Assembly: GCA_002422165.1 (NCBI GenBank)
Contig: DITQ01000010.1
Coordinates: forward strand, 56,595 to 120,594
Source of the DNA: Candidatus Pacebacteria bacterium UBA6180
GTDB lineage: Bacteria > Patescibacteriota > Microgenomatia > UBA1400 > PJMF01
DNA length: 64,000 nucleotides
Reading direction: 5' to 3'
The position numbers and the translations under genes were made by a program. The notes below the pieces were generated by a model. The model saw only the letters and a list, made by a program, of their open reading frames with translations. It made no database searches and was not told where the DNA came from. Position 1 is the first letter of the stretch, and each line of letters begins with the position of its first letter. Shown one piece after another: positions 46,882-57,316 of the stretch.

Positions 46882-48936
46882 CTAATTAGTGGCAGCTTCA
46901 AGCGTGGCGTTCTGGATTTTTTCCAAGTATGGTCGCAAAAAAGATTGATAGTTTGGTTCTTGTTGCAGCAGAGTTGCAGCTTGGTGGATAATTTCAGTAT
47001 TGGTCCAAGAGGCAAAGCGTAAATTGTGCAGACCACTTTGGTTGTAGCCAAGTAAATTTCCTGCCCCACGATTTTCTAGATCAAGTTGGGCCAGTTTAAG
47101 CCCATTTTTTTCTTGGCAGAAATTTTGCAAACGCTTTTGATTTTCTGGATTTTTATCGATGTCAGTCGAGCTAAAAAGTAAGCAGTAACTAGTTTGGCCA
47201 CGCCGACCAACGCGACCTCGCAACTGGTGTAAACTCGATAAGCCGAAGCGTTCGGCCGATTGAATCAGCATAATGTCAGCATTTGGCAAATCAACTCCAA
47301 CTTCGATCATTGGAGTACTAATAAGGATTTGGATTTCCTGACTGTAAACTTGCTCTATAATGGCTGTTTGCTTTTTTTTGCTCAGCTTCGAATGTAAGAC
47401 ATCAATTTTGAATTGTTGGTTAGTTGGAATATTGAGGCGTTTATAAATTTTTTGAAGTTTTGTCTCAAGTAAGGATGAGGCTTCTTTGACGGCGGCGACA
47501 TTTTCTGTCGCTGCTGCTGTAGATGGATTGATAAAAGGACAAACAATTAAAGCCTGCTTAGTTCGTTGTTGATGGACTTTAGTTGAATTAGCTTTCGTGG
47601 AGTTGAGCAACTCCTTGACTAGCCATTCAATGGCTTTATCCTCTTTGTGTTTAGGTACCAGCCAAGTGGTGGCCATTTGTCGCTGGTTAGGCATTTCATC
47701 TAAGTGACTGAGGTCCAAATGACTGAAAATACTGAGCATCAAGCTTCTGGGAATGGGTGTTGCAGTCATGCTGAGCAGGTGTGTTCTAGTCTCCGCTTGA
47801 TCTAGATGTTCTTCTAGTTGGCGGTGTTTAACTCCAAAGCGTTGTTGTTCATCGTAAATCACCAAGCCTGGTTGAATCTGTTCTAGTTTGCCAAGCAGGC
47901 TATGAGTACCGACATAAAAAGTGGCCCGATCGCTTCGTGTGAATTTCTCACCAGCTTGGACGAGAGTGAGCTTGATGTCAGGTAGTAGGCTTTGTAATTT
48001 GTCGAAGTGTTGTTTGGCCAGAATTTTGGTGGGGGCAAGCAAGCAGACATTTTGACCTGCCTGAACGAGCAAGCTGGCTGGCAAAGCAGCGACAATAGTT
48101 TTGCCGCTGCCGACGTCGCCAACTAATAGTCGGTTCATTGGGGATTTTCGTTGTAGATCACTGATGATTTCCTGAACTGCTTTTTTCTGAGCAGTAGTGA
48201 GCGTAAAAGGTAGTTGTGGCAAATTGTGTTTATCAGCTTCCTGAAGTTGAAATTTGGCTCGTTTGCTTTGGTGAAGTTGTTTGTTGGCAGCGGATTTTTG
48301 CATCAGGAAAATGATTTCTTCTCTAGCTAAGCGTTCGCGTGCTTCGACAACTTCTTGAGTCGTATTTGGGAAATGCAGATTTTTGAAGAGTTGCTCGAGT
48401 TCGCCAGCCTGGTGCAGTTTACCGATGACTTCCGCGAGCAGGCGGCGGAGATTGCCTTGTTTGAGGTCGCCGAGTTTAGGGTAAATGGGCACCAGGCGGC
48501 CAGTGTGGATATTTTGCTCAGTAATTTTTTCGACCGTGGCCTGCATTAGTTGGCCGTCTTTGATTTTACCTGAGAAAAAATATTCTTGACCTACGAGAAG
48601 TTTATTTTTGAGAAATTTGTTATTAAACCACAGGCAGTTGATTTGATCGCTCGTGTCGACGATGGTGGCCCGACCAATCAATAAACGGCCTTTGCGGTAT
48701 TCTTGCCATTTAAGTAGTTTAGCCTGGCAGGTGATGAAGTTTTTCTCTCCTATTTCGCCGCTAGCGGCAGCTTGTTTGAGCTCGGCGATGTTTTTGGTCA
48801 AGGATCTATCCTCGTAGCGCAAGGGCAAAAATAATAAAAAATCGAGCAATTGCTCGATTTGGTATTCTGCAAGGGCAAAATTTAGATTGTCACCGATGCC
48901 TTTGATCGTCAGAACAGGATCTGCTAGTTGGTACAT
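46882..48936 (-). CDS. recG: ATP-dependent DNA helicase RecG
   Basis: Walker A is DVGSGKT. A DEQQRFG-like DEAH motif is present. An N-terminal wedge domain and TRG-like C-terminus complete the 684-aa protein. Confidence 0.88.
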   Translation of the reverse strand: MYQLADPVLTIKGIGDNLNFALAEYQIEQLLDFLLFLPLRYEDRSLTKNIAELKQAAASGEIGEKNFITCQAKLLKWQEYRKGRLLIGRATIVDTSDQINCLWFNNKFLKNKLLVGQEYFFSGKIKDGQLMQATVEKITEQNIHTGRLVPIYPKLGDLKQGNLRRLLAEVIGKLHQAGELEQLFKNLHFPNTTQEVVEARERLAREEIIFLMQKSAANKQLHQSKRAKFQLQEADKHNLPQLPFTLTTAQKKAVQEIISDLQRKSPMNRLLVGDVGSGKTIVAALPASLLVQAGQNVCLLAPTKILAKQHFDKLQSLLPDIKLTLVQAGEKFTRSDRATFYVGTHSLLGKLEQIQPGLVIYDEQQRFGVKHRQLEEHLDQAETRTHLLSMTATPIPRSLMLSIFSHLDLSHLDEMPNQRQMATTWLVPKHKEDKAIEWLVKELLNSTKANSTKVHQQRTKQALIVCPFINPSTAAATENVAAVKEASSLLETKLQKIYKRLNIPTNQQFKIDVLHSKLSKKKQTAIIEQVYSQEIQILISTPMIEVGVDLPNADIMLIQSAERFGLSSLHQLRGRVGRRGQTSYCLLFSSTDIDKNPENQKRLQNFCQEKNGLKLAQLDLENRGAGNLLGYNQSGLHNLRFASWTNTEIIHQAATLLQQEPNYQSFLRPYLEKIQNATLEAATN

Positions 48937-48949
48937 AACTAATTTAATT

Positions 48950-49059
48950 TAATAAGAGAAAAATAACAGTACAGCGCTGGCGGCGCTGCTCAAGATCAGA
49001 AAAGCAATTGCCGCGATTGCAAATCCTTTAATGAGAATGTCTTTTTGTTTTTTAGTCAT
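48950..49059 (-). CDS. Possible 36-aa small membrane protein overlapping the tyrS stop
   Basis: Manual translation gives MTKKQKDILIKGFAIAAIAFLILSSAASAVLLFFSY. It is below the ORF-track cutoff and speculative. Confidence 0.2.
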
Positions 49060-50245
49060 TTTTATGAGTAATTCTATACCAATCGCGTTTGCCCAACTTC
49101 ACTTGACTGTCCTCCGGCAAATCTAGCAACTGCTGGCGAGTGGTGATTTTTTCTAAGTTAGGTAGCAGTTTGACGGCGCCTTGCTCGAGGCGACGATTGA
49201 TTTCACTAGAACTAAGTGGTGGTTCTGCGGTGATCGTTTTGTCACTAATAATCAGGGTGCCGAACTCTGATGAGTCTGGAGCGGCATCACCCTGTACAGT
49301 ATCAGTAAAAAACTGCGCGGCTTCTACGGCAGCTACTTCATCATGTAGGTCTCTGGTTATAGTTAGGGCGAGCTTTTTCTTGAACTGCATGGGGTTTTGG
49401 CCAGCTCGCATAGCTCGCTCCATCTCTTCAATCTCAGTGAGCGAGATATCAGTTAGCAAGGTGAAATATTTAATAATTAGTTCATCTGCGACTCGCATTA
49501 GCTTGCCGTACATGTCGCGCGGCGCTTCAGTCAAGGCGACGTAGTTATTAAAAGACTTGCTCATCTTGCGCCCATCAGTGCCTTCGATGAGAGGGGTGCT
49601 AAGCACCCATTTCTCGTGCTGATTGTATTGCTGCTGGAGGTGGCGACCCATCAGCATGTTGAAAGTCTGGTCAGTGCCGCCAATTTCAAGATCGACGTCC
49701 ATAGCTACTGAATCATAACCCTGTAAAAGTGGGTAGATAATTTCGTGGCCATGAATCGGTAGTTTTTTAGCGAGGCGCTGCTCAAACATGTCGCGCTCGA
49801 GTAATTGCTGGACGGTAGTTTTAGCCATCAGTTTGACCATGTCGGCGTAAGTAAGCTTGTCTAGCCAGTCGCCGTTGTGGCGAATTTCGATCAAGTCGAA
49901 GTCAAGAATCTTACTCGCCTGCTTCTTCCAATCTTGAAAATTGGTTTCGATGGTGGCTTCATCCAACATCGGTCGACTCTCATCACGCCCGGTAGGATCG
50001 CCAATTTTGACCGTGCCGTTGCCGACTAGCAATATGACTTGGTGACCCAACTCAGCGAATTGCTGGAGTTTGCGTAGGGCTACGGCGTGTCCGAGGTGCA
50101 AAAAGGCACCTGTGGGGTCAATTCCTAGGAAGAGGCGAATTTGTCGTTCCGCCATGAGCGCCGCCAGAGTTTCTTTTTTAGGCAGAATTTCACTAACTCC
50201 TCTTTCGAGAACTGAAGAAATTGTTACTGAATCGGTATTTGGCAT
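49052..50245 (-). CDS. tyrS: Tyrosine--tRNA ligase
   Basis: The HIGH-class motif GIDPTGAFLHLGH and KMSKS are present. A C-terminal S4-like domain is present. Confidence 0.9.
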   Translation of the reverse strand: MPNTDSVTISSVLERGVSEILPKKETLAALMAERQIRLFLGIDPTGAFLHLGHAVALRKLQQFAELGHQVILLVGNGTVKIGDPTGRDESRPMLDEATIETNFQDWKKQASKILDFDLIEIRHNGDWLDKLTYADMVKLMAKTTVQQLLERDMFEQRLAKKLPIHGHEIIYPLLQGYDSVAMDVDLEIGGTDQTFNMLMGRHLQQQYNQHEKWVLSTPLIEGTDGRKMSKSFNNYVALTEAPRDMYGKLMRVADELIIKYFTLLTDISLTEIEEMERAMRAGQNPMQFKKKLALTITRDLHDEVAAVEAAQFFTDTVQGDAAPDSSEFGTLIISDKTITAEPPLSSSEINRRLEQGAVKLLPNLEKITTRQQLLDLPEDSQVKLGKRDWYRITHKND

Positions 50246-50301
50246 AAGGTGTAAATTCGCCTTATTCTAGCATTAACTCCAATATTTGGTAAAATGATTA
50301 T

Positions 50302-53031
50302 GTGTTTACTACTCTGAGGAAGAAAATACTTGGCTTGTTGCCTCGCAGGTGGCGTGTTTATTTCATGCGTAGTCGTCGTGTCGTTTCCACTGAAAGCAAA
50401 AAACTATTGAAGGTCAAGCGCCTGCGCTTATTGGCCATCGGCTTTTTGGGCCTAGTGATCTTGGGCATGATTGGTTTCCTGATCATGTTTGCCTGGTATT
50501 CCAGAGAATTACCTAAGCCTGGTGAAGTGGTGAGGCGAGAAGGTTTTAGCAGCAAAATTTATGATCGTGATGGGCAACTGCTTTACGACTTGTTTGAAGA
50601 AGAGCGTCGCAACCCAATCAAATTGGCCGACGTGCCAGTAGACCTTAGAAACGCCACAGTGGCGATCGAGGACCGCGACTTCTACAAGCACAAAGGTTTT
50701 GATTTCATGACCATCGTGCGCATTCCTTATAACCTACTTTTTCGTCAGCGAGTGGTCGGTGGCTCTACTCTGACTCAGCAATTGGTCAAAAATGTCCTCC
50801 TTACCAACGAAAAAACTATCACTCGCAAATTCAAAGAGTTCGTCATTTCCGTGCAGATTGAGCGTAAGTTTAGCAAAGATGAAATTTTGGAAATGTATCT
50901 CAATGAGGCTCCTTATGGTGGTAATGGTTGGGGGGTCGGTACAGCGGTCGAAATTTACTTCAACAAGCCACTGACAGAATTGACCTTGCTAGAATCAGCT
51001 TTCTTAGCTGGTTTACCTCAAAGGCCTAGCGTCTATTCACCATATTCTGGAATTTTAGATGACGATGGGAAACCCTACTGGCAATTGCGCACTCGCGCTG
51101 TGTTGGCGGCGATGAAGGATAATGACTACATTACTGAAGCAGCTTACCAGGACGCCCTCTCGTCCATAGAAAACCTCAAGTTTGAGCGGGCTGTTTCCCA
51201 GATCAAAGCTCCGCACTTTGTTTTTTACGTCCGCTCCAAACTCGAAGAATTATTTGGTAGTGAACTAGTCAGTCGTGGTGGTTTGAGAGTAACCACTTCA
51301 CTTGACTGGAAGTTACAGGAAAAGACCCAGATGGTAGTGATGGAAGAAGTGGAGACAGTTACTAAATACAACATAAGCAATGGCGCTGCCCTGGCCATGA
51401 ATCCACGCAGTGGTGAGATTTTGGCGATGGTTGGCAGTAAAGATTATTTCGACTCTGAAATTGGCGGTCAATACAATGTAGCAGTCGACGCTTTGCGTCA
51501 GCCTGGTTCGGCGATCAAGCCGATCACTTACCTGGGGATGATTCAGCAGGGTTATAACCCAGCTTCGATGTTGATGGATGTGCAGACCACCTTCAACCGC
51601 AACGATCGTGAGCAACCCTACACCCCCAGAAACTACGACGGTGTTTTTCGCGGCCCAGTTAACCTGCGCGAATCGCTTGGCAGCTCACTCAACATTCCTG
51701 CGGTCAAATCTTTGGCGATTATTGGTCTAGATCACTTTCTCAACTTAGCCTACAGCATGGGTCTAGAAACTTTGCAGCCAACCAAGGAAAATTTGCAGCG
51801 TTTCGGTTTGGCGGTGACTTTGGGAGGTGCAGAGGTAAAAATGATTGATTTAGTGACAGCTTACAGCTCTTTTGCCAATGGTGGAATTAAGGTTGAGCCA
51901 GTTTCTATCCTGCGCGTCGAAGATTCAGATGGCAAATTGCTCTACGAGCATCGTCCAGTCGAGGGTCCGCGAATTATTGACGAAGGTGAAACTTTCATCA
52001 TCAACGATATTTTGTCTGATAACAACGCTCGTCTGCTGGCCTTTGGTGCTAATTCTCTACTCAACACTGGCAAACCTATCGCAGTTAAGACTGGTACAAC
52101 CAACAGCATGAAAGACAACTGGACGATTGGCTGGAGTCAAGAAGTGATCGTTGGCACTTGGGTGGGTAATAATGACGGCACAGCCATGAGCTACGTGGCC
52201 TCTGGTATTACTGGTGCCTCCCCAATTTGGCGACGGATTATTTTTGCAGCGCTCGATCTTGGTTATCAAGCTCCAGAATGGAAAATGCCAGATAATGTGG
52301 AGCGAGTTGAGCTGGATGCTTTGTCTGGTTTTCGTAGTCACGATAATTTCCCAAGTCGCTGGGACTTTGTTATCAAGGGTACCCTCAGTAATGAACTTGA
52401 CCCGATCCATCGATTACTGCGTGTTTGCAAGGGCGAGGAGCATAAGCTAGCTACGGAAGCCAAGATTTCCGCCGGCGACTCGGTCGAAAAGGAATTTATT
52501 ACCTTGCGCGAAGATGATCCTTTCAGTGAAGATGGTCGCAATCGCTGGCAGGAAGGCATCGATGCTTGGCTTAGTTCACAAACCGATTCACGCTACGGCA
52601 ACCCCACCGAGTATTGCGGTGAAGAGTCAGACGTCAGCGTTAGTTTGAATCGTCCCAAAAACGAAGAAAACTTCGATGGTGAAAAAATTGCTTATCAAAT
52701 CAAGGCAGGTAGTGATGATGGTATCGCCAAGATTGAACTGTACGTCAAGAAAGAAGGTGGTGATTACAAGCTCGAAAAAACCTTTGACAACGAACGCGAA
52801 GTCGCTGCAGAAATCGAACTCAAGCGTGGCAAGTACGAACTCTACGCTAAGGCTTATTCACGCGGCGGCAAAACAAAAGAAAGCTCCAAGGTCAAAATCG
52901 GCACTGGTGGGATGGCCTGGGATTTCAAAGAGCCAACTCCAACCCCTTCACCTACCCCAACTCCCACAGTTATTCCAACTCTTAGTGTAACTGTGAGCCC
53001 GACCGTTTCCCCCACTCCAAAAGACGATTAG
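50302..53031 (+). CDS. Class A penicillin-binding protein (PBP1A, glycosyltransferase + transpeptidase) with Pro/Thr-rich C-terminal tail
   Basis: GT51 motifs are EDRDFYKHKGFD and GGSTLTQQLVKN. Transpeptidase motifs are SAIKP (SxxK), SLNIP (SxN) and KTGTT. The tail is EPTPTPSPTPTPTVIPTLSVTVSPTVSPTP. Confidence 0.9.
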   Translation: MFTTLRKKILGLLPRRWRVYFMRSRRVVSTESKKLLKVKRLRLLAIGFLGLVILGMIGFLIMFAWYSRELPKPGEVVRREGFSSKIYDRDGQLLYDLFEEERRNPIKLADVPVDLRNATVAIEDRDFYKHKGFDFMTIVRIPYNLLFRQRVVGGSTLTQQLVKNVLLTNEKTITRKFKEFVISVQIERKFSKDEILEMYLNEAPYGGNGWGVGTAVEIYFNKPLTELTLLESAFLAGLPQRPSVYSPYSGILDDDGKPYWQLRTRAVLAAMKDNDYITEAAYQDALSSIENLKFERAVSQIKAPHFVFYVRSKLEELFGSELVSRGGLRVTTSLDWKLQEKTQMVVMEEVETVTKYNISNGAALAMNPRSGEILAMVGSKDYFDSEIGGQYNVAVDALRQPGSAIKPITYLGMIQQGYNPASMLMDVQTTFNRNDREQPYTPRNYDGVFRGPVNLRESLGSSLNIPAVKSLAIIGLDHFLNLAYSMGLETLQPTKENLQRFGLAVTLGGAEVKMIDLVTAYSSFANGGIKVEPVSILRVEDSDGKLLYEHRPVEGPRIIDEGETFIINDILSDNNARLLAFGANSLLNTGKPIAVKTGTTNSMKDNWTIGWSQEVIVGTWVGNNDGTAMSYVASGITGASPIWRRIIFAALDLGYQAPEWKMPDNVERVELDALSGFRSHDNFPSRWDFVIKGTLSNELDPIHRLLRVCKGEEHKLATEAKISAGDSVEKEFITLREDDPFSEDGRNRWQEGIDAWLSSQTDSRYGNPTEYCGEESDVSVSLNRPKNEENFDGEKIAYQIKAGSDDGIAKIELYVKKEGGDYKLEKTFDNEREVAAEIELKRGKYELYAKAYSRGGKTKESSKVKIGTGGMAWDFKEPTPTPSPTPTPTVIPTLSVTVSPTVSPTPKDD

Positions 53032-53035
53032 TTTC

Positions 53036-54274
53036 CTAAATTAGCAAATAAAACAATGCTGTCAAGCCCAAGCCTGAAAACTGGGTTAGCAGATAGTGAT
53101 CCAGGCTGGCGATGGCCAGAAGTATAAGGGTTTTTTGGTAAAAGCGCTCAATCTTGACTTGTCTGATTAGGAAAAACAAAATTATTAACAACAGTAAACC
53201 TCCCTCACTTAAGATTAAAAATAGCAAATTGTGAACTGGTTGAACGAAGCGCACGATTTCCTGATTGATGGCAGCGCCAGCGTATTTTTCGACTTGAATA
53301 GTGAAATTATTGATGCCCACTCCAAAAAGTGGGTTAGCTTCAAACATAGCGAAGGCAGCCTGGTTGAGGGCGTTGCGGCGGTTAACCGAATTTGTGTCTA
53401 GTTTGCCGTATACGCTTCCACTTAGTAGGTAGGGCAAGAAAAGCAGAAAAAAATAATAAGTGATAAACAAAATAGCTTTTTTGGCCTTGATGCGATCGAG
53501 CAACAAATAGAGCCCAAATAAGCCAAGGGTAAGCAAGGCTGAGAAAGACTGGGTCAGGAAAATAATTAGCAAAGCGTTCGCCAGCAAGAGGACTTGCGCT
53601 TTAATGGAGCCTTTGCTCTTGTTGATGAGTAAAATCGACAAAATAGTGATCAGTCCAGCCAAAACATTGGGATGAGCGAGAGTACCATAGGGCAAAATGC
53701 GTTCGCCGAAGGCAAATTGCGCCCGACTGATGTTGGCCAGATCGCGCAGATTAGTCTCGCCCAGGAATTGGTAAGCCAAAAGCGACTGCTGAAAGACGAA
53801 TTGATAAACCGCCAAGAGACTCTGAAAAATGACCACTGCCAAGAGCGAACTGAGGATAAACTTCTCTGCCCTCTTGGTTTTGAAAAGTGGGTTGGATCTA
53901 ACCACGCTAAAAAATAAGAAAACTTCCAGCAAATGGATCAAGTGGGTAAAAGCAGCCAAGGCAGAAGTGCTGAAAAGCTGCCGCAGCAGTAGCAGTATGA
54001 CCAATAGGCAAAAAAAAGTGTTGAGCTTGATCTTTTTGAGCTGGTGCAAGTTCAGAAGTAGAAAAGGAAGCAGAAAAATTTCCGCTAGGTAGAATTTGGG
54101 AATTAGATAATCTATTAGTAAGCCGTGGACGTAGGCGCCATCGAGCGAGATCTTGTAAAACAAATTGAGACTAAAAGTAAAAATGATGAAAAAAAGCAAA
54201 AACAAGTGCAATAAGTCAAGATTGCTTTGAACAAAAGATTTAAATTTCCCCCACCAGTTTAGCTTTGAATTCAT
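53036..54274 (-). CDS. O-antigen-ligase-family-like polytopic membrane protein
   Basis: About 10-12 TM helices surround a central loop. Length is 412 aa. This is a weak, topology-based call. Confidence 0.35.
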   Translation of the reverse strand: MNSKLNWWGKFKSFVQSNLDLLHLFLLFFIIFTFSLNLFYKISLDGAYVHGLLIDYLIPKFYLAEIFLLPFLLLNLHQLKKIKLNTFFCLLVILLLLRQLFSTSALAAFTHLIHLLEVFLFFSVVRSNPLFKTKRAEKFILSSLLAVVIFQSLLAVYQFVFQQSLLAYQFLGETNLRDLANISRAQFAFGERILPYGTLAHPNVLAGLITILSILLINKSKGSIKAQVLLLANALLIIFLTQSFSALLTLGLFGLYLLLDRIKAKKAILFITYYFFLLFLPYLLSGSVYGKLDTNSVNRRNALNQAAFAMFEANPLFGVGINNFTIQVEKYAGAAINQEIVRFVQPVHNLLFLILSEGGLLLLIILFFLIRQVKIERFYQKTLILLAIASLDHYLLTQFSGLGLTALFYLLI

Positions 54275-56246
54275 CTTGGCCTACCTTGACAAGCTTCTGC
54301 CTAATGGGCTCGACTGCTTCATTGCTGATATTATCCTTTTTGTCCTGAAAAATAAAGCTAAAACTGTAGTTGTTTTGGTAAATGTCCAACAACTCGACTT
54401 GCTTGATGCGCTCGTCAACCGATTTGAAGCGAGCTATTAGTTCGCCCACTGCGATGCCGTCAGGTAAAGTAAAAGTCATTTCTTCGCTGATGGCAGCGGT
54501 TTTGATGAGCTTCTGGTAGCGAGGGTAGCGCTTGGCTACTTGCAGCAAGGCTTGCCAATTGAGTTCTAGAGCGGTGGACTTGTTTTTTAGCAACTGCAGC
54601 GAGCCAATGTTAGTTTTAGTTTTACCGTATTTAACGATCAAATCGGCCTCTTGTCTGGCAAGCGGCGAGCTGATGTCTTTTTTAATTTTCTCCTGTGTCA
54701 GCAGCTCGCCGCCATTAGCAAAAACGAACAGGCGCGCCAAGAGGTTTTCTAGAGCGCCCTTGACTTGGCGGTAAGGCTTGGTAGAAAGCATGGTCAACAT
54801 TAATGGCTGCTCTGGCAGATCTCCTAGTTGAGGGTGGTAAACACAAGCCAATTCGAAAATAGACATGTCTTTGCGACTTGGGTTGGTGGCGACAATTTCC
54901 AGAAGCGACGGGATGAGGCTGCGCCGCAAGTAGGTGTTTTCTTCTTTGAGCGGGTTGGCAAGCTTGAGGTGCTGGTCAAGGGTGAAGCCAGCCTCCAGCG
55001 CTTGGCTCGCGCTTACTAGTGAATAGCTGTAAATTTCCTGCCAGCCTAAGTTGGCCAGGAAATGTTTAACTAAATTTTCGAAATGATAATTGGTGCTTGG
55101 ATCGGTTTGAAGGGCTAATTCTCCAGGCATGAGGCGGCTAGGCAGATTGTGATAACCATAGATGCGAGCGAGCTCCTCGACCACGTCGGCAGGAATTTCG
55201 ATGTCCGGTCGGAAAGTCGGCGGAGTGACGACAATGTAGCTAGGCTCAATTTTTACCAGACAGCTGAGGTCAGTCAAAATTTCTTTGATTTCCCCATCAC
55301 TTAGTTTAACCCCAAGGTAATTTTCGACTGTTTGCTTAGTAACTTTGACCGGTTTAGGTTTGATCTGACCAGGGAAATAATCATAGAGTGCTGAAGCAAC
55401 TTTGGCGCCACAGAGTTTCTCAAGCAGGGCGACGCCGCGCTGCAAAACCTCCAAAGCTAGGTGCGGATCGACGTTTTTTTCGTTGAGCTGGGCGGCGACT
55501 GTGCGAATGGCGTGCCCCATCGAAGCTTGGCGAACTTTTTTGGCATCGAGCGACTCGATCCAAAACAACACTGATTTGGTGTTAGTGTCGACGCCAGTGT
55601 TGAGCGTACCCTTGATCGCGGGTAAGTCGATAATTTCGCCGCTGACCGACTCGAAAACGATTTCTCCGCCCAGAGTCTCATGTTCCACCTCGTCGAGGGT
55701 GACGAATTTTTTACCTTTGCGTGCTTCGGTAATGATAATTTTGCCACCGAAGCTCATAACTTTGTCATAGTCAAATACGTGACAAGGGTGGCCAAGTTCG
55801 TGTGTGATGTAGTTACTGATGTCAATCAAAGCATCGTGGACGTTGACCTCGATGGCTCGCAGGCGTTCTTGCATGACTGTAGGACTTGGGCGTAGGGTCA
55901 AATCAGTCAGCACTACGCCCAAAACGCGGCGCACGGCGTCAGTTTGATAGACGATTTCTGGCAGTGGCAGGTTTTTGCTAGGATGCTGTTTGATTTCTGC
56001 CAGCTCGAGTGGCTTGAGCTTGGCGGCGATGCCGGCACGCTTGAGGATGGTGGCTGCTTCGCGAGCGATGCCTCGAACCGACATACTGTCGACGCGGTTA
56101 GTGGTGACTTCGATGTCGTAGACTTCGTCGTTATAAATCCGCTCCACCGACGGCCCACTCAGTGACAGATACTTCTGCAGGTCTTTTTTGCTGGCTTTAG
56201 TCTGGAGATGTTCACGCAGCCACTGGTCAGGAATGAGGATGTTCAT
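54240..56246 (-). CDS. pheT: Phenylalanine--tRNA ligase beta subunit (short form)
   Basis: The N-terminal MNILIPDQWLREH resembles the PheT MKFSELWLREW. B3/4 and B5 regions are present. It overlaps pheS-side and downstream neighbours as in an operon. Confidence 0.8.
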   Translation of the reverse strand: MNILIPDQWLREHLQTKASKKDLQKYLSLSGPSVERIYNDEVYDIEVTTNRVDSMSVRGIAREAATILKRAGIAAKLKPLELAEIKQHPSKNLPLPEIVYQTDAVRRVLGVVLTDLTLRPSPTVMQERLRAIEVNVHDALIDISNYITHELGHPCHVFDYDKVMSFGGKIIITEARKGKKFVTLDEVEHETLGGEIVFESVSGEIIDLPAIKGTLNTGVDTNTKSVLFWIESLDAKKVRQASMGHAIRTVAAQLNEKNVDPHLALEVLQRGVALLEKLCGAKVASALYDYFPGQIKPKPVKVTKQTVENYLGVKLSDGEIKEILTDLSCLVKIEPSYIVVTPPTFRPDIEIPADVVEELARIYGYHNLPSRLMPGELALQTDPSTNYHFENLVKHFLANLGWQEIYSYSLVSASQALEAGFTLDQHLKLANPLKEENTYLRRSLIPSLLEIVATNPSRKDMSIFELACVYHPQLGDLPEQPLMLTMLSTKPYRQVKGALENLLARLFVFANGGELLTQEKIKKDISSPLARQEADLIVKYGKTKTNIGSLQLLKNKSTALELNWQALLQVAKRYPRYQKLIKTAAISEEMTFTLPDGIAVGELIARFKSVDERIKQVELLDIYQNNYSFSFIFQDKKDNISNEAVEPIRQKLVKVGQDEFKAKLVGEI

Positions 56247-56266
56247 AAGTTTTAGTTTTTCGTTGT

Positions 56267-57316
56267 CTAAAATTGCTCCAAAAATTCTAAATTACCGCTG
56301 TAAAACAAGCGAATGTCATCGATGTTTAGACCTTCCTTGAGGGTGTAGGTGCGTTCGACTCCCCAACCGAAGGCGAAACCGGTGTAAATCTCTGGGTCAA
56401 TGCCACCAGCCTTGAGGACATTGGGGTGGACCATGCCGGCACCGCCAACTTCGTGCCAGCCAGATTTACAAAAACGACAATTTTCTTTGCCGCGCGAACC
56501 AGTGCCGCGGCAAATGTGGCAACTGAAGTCAACTTCGAAAGAAGGTTCGGTAAATTTGAAGTGAAAGGGGCGGATGCGGCTTTTGGTGCCTTTGCCATAA
56601 AACTGCTCGGCGAAATAATCGAGCGTACCCTTGAGGTGCTGGATATTGATGCCCTGATCGACCACCAAACCTTCGAACTGGTGAAACATCTGGGTGTGGG
56701 TGGCGTCGCTTTGGCGACGGTAAGTGCGAGCGATGTTGATCATGCGAATGGGCGGTTTGGACTTGAGGCGCTCCATCTCACGCACCTGTCCATTGGAGGT
56801 GTGGGTGGTGAGGACGACTTTGCCCATTTTCTGGTCAGCGGGAGTGTCGACGAAGAAAGTCTCCCACTCGTCGCGTGCGGGGTGGTTTTTAGGCATATTG
56901 AGGGCTTCGAAGACGTAATAATCGAAGTCAACTTCTGGATATCTGACTCGATTGAAGCCAATTTTTTCGAAAATCTGACTAATTTCTTCGATGGCTTGGG
57001 AAATTGGGTGTAGGTGACCTACTTTTTGCCGTTCTCCAGGCAGGCTGAGATCGAGATTGCTTCCTTGGCTTTTACCCTGCTGCTGCAGATTTTGCAGGTA
57101 GCTCTCGATTTTACCCTTAAGTGAATTGAGTTCTTGACCAAAAACTTTTTTTTGATCGTTAGATAAGTTTTTGATTTCAGCTCCAAGCTGTTTGAACAAG
57201 CCGTTTTTACCCAGATACTTGATGCGCAGGTCCTCTACTTGCGCTGGTTTTTCAGCGACAAGTTTTTGCCAGAGGGCTTGGCAAAGTTGGACTGGGTCGG
57301 CTTGAGTCATGATCAT
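56267..57316 (-). CDS. pheS: Phenylalanine--tRNA ligase alpha subunit
   Basis: Class II motifs FNRVRYPEVDFDYYVFEALNMPKNHPARDEWETFF and GFAFGWGVER are present. Confidence 0.9.
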   Translation of the reverse strand: MIMTQADPVQLCQALWQKLVAEKPAQVEDLRIKYLGKNGLFKQLGAEIKNLSNDQKKVFGQELNSLKGKIESYLQNLQQQGKSQGSNLDLSLPGERQKVGHLHPISQAIEEISQIFEKIGFNRVRYPEVDFDYYVFEALNMPKNHPARDEWETFFVDTPADQKMGKVVLTTHTSNGQVREMERLKSKPPIRMINIARTYRRQSDATHTQMFHQFEGLVVDQGINIQHLKGTLDYFAEQFYGKGTKSRIRPFHFKFTEPSFEVDFSCHICRGTGSRGKENCRFCKSGWHEVGGAGMVHPNVLKAGGIDPEIYTGFAFGWGVERTYTLKEGLNIDDIRLFYSGNLEFLEQF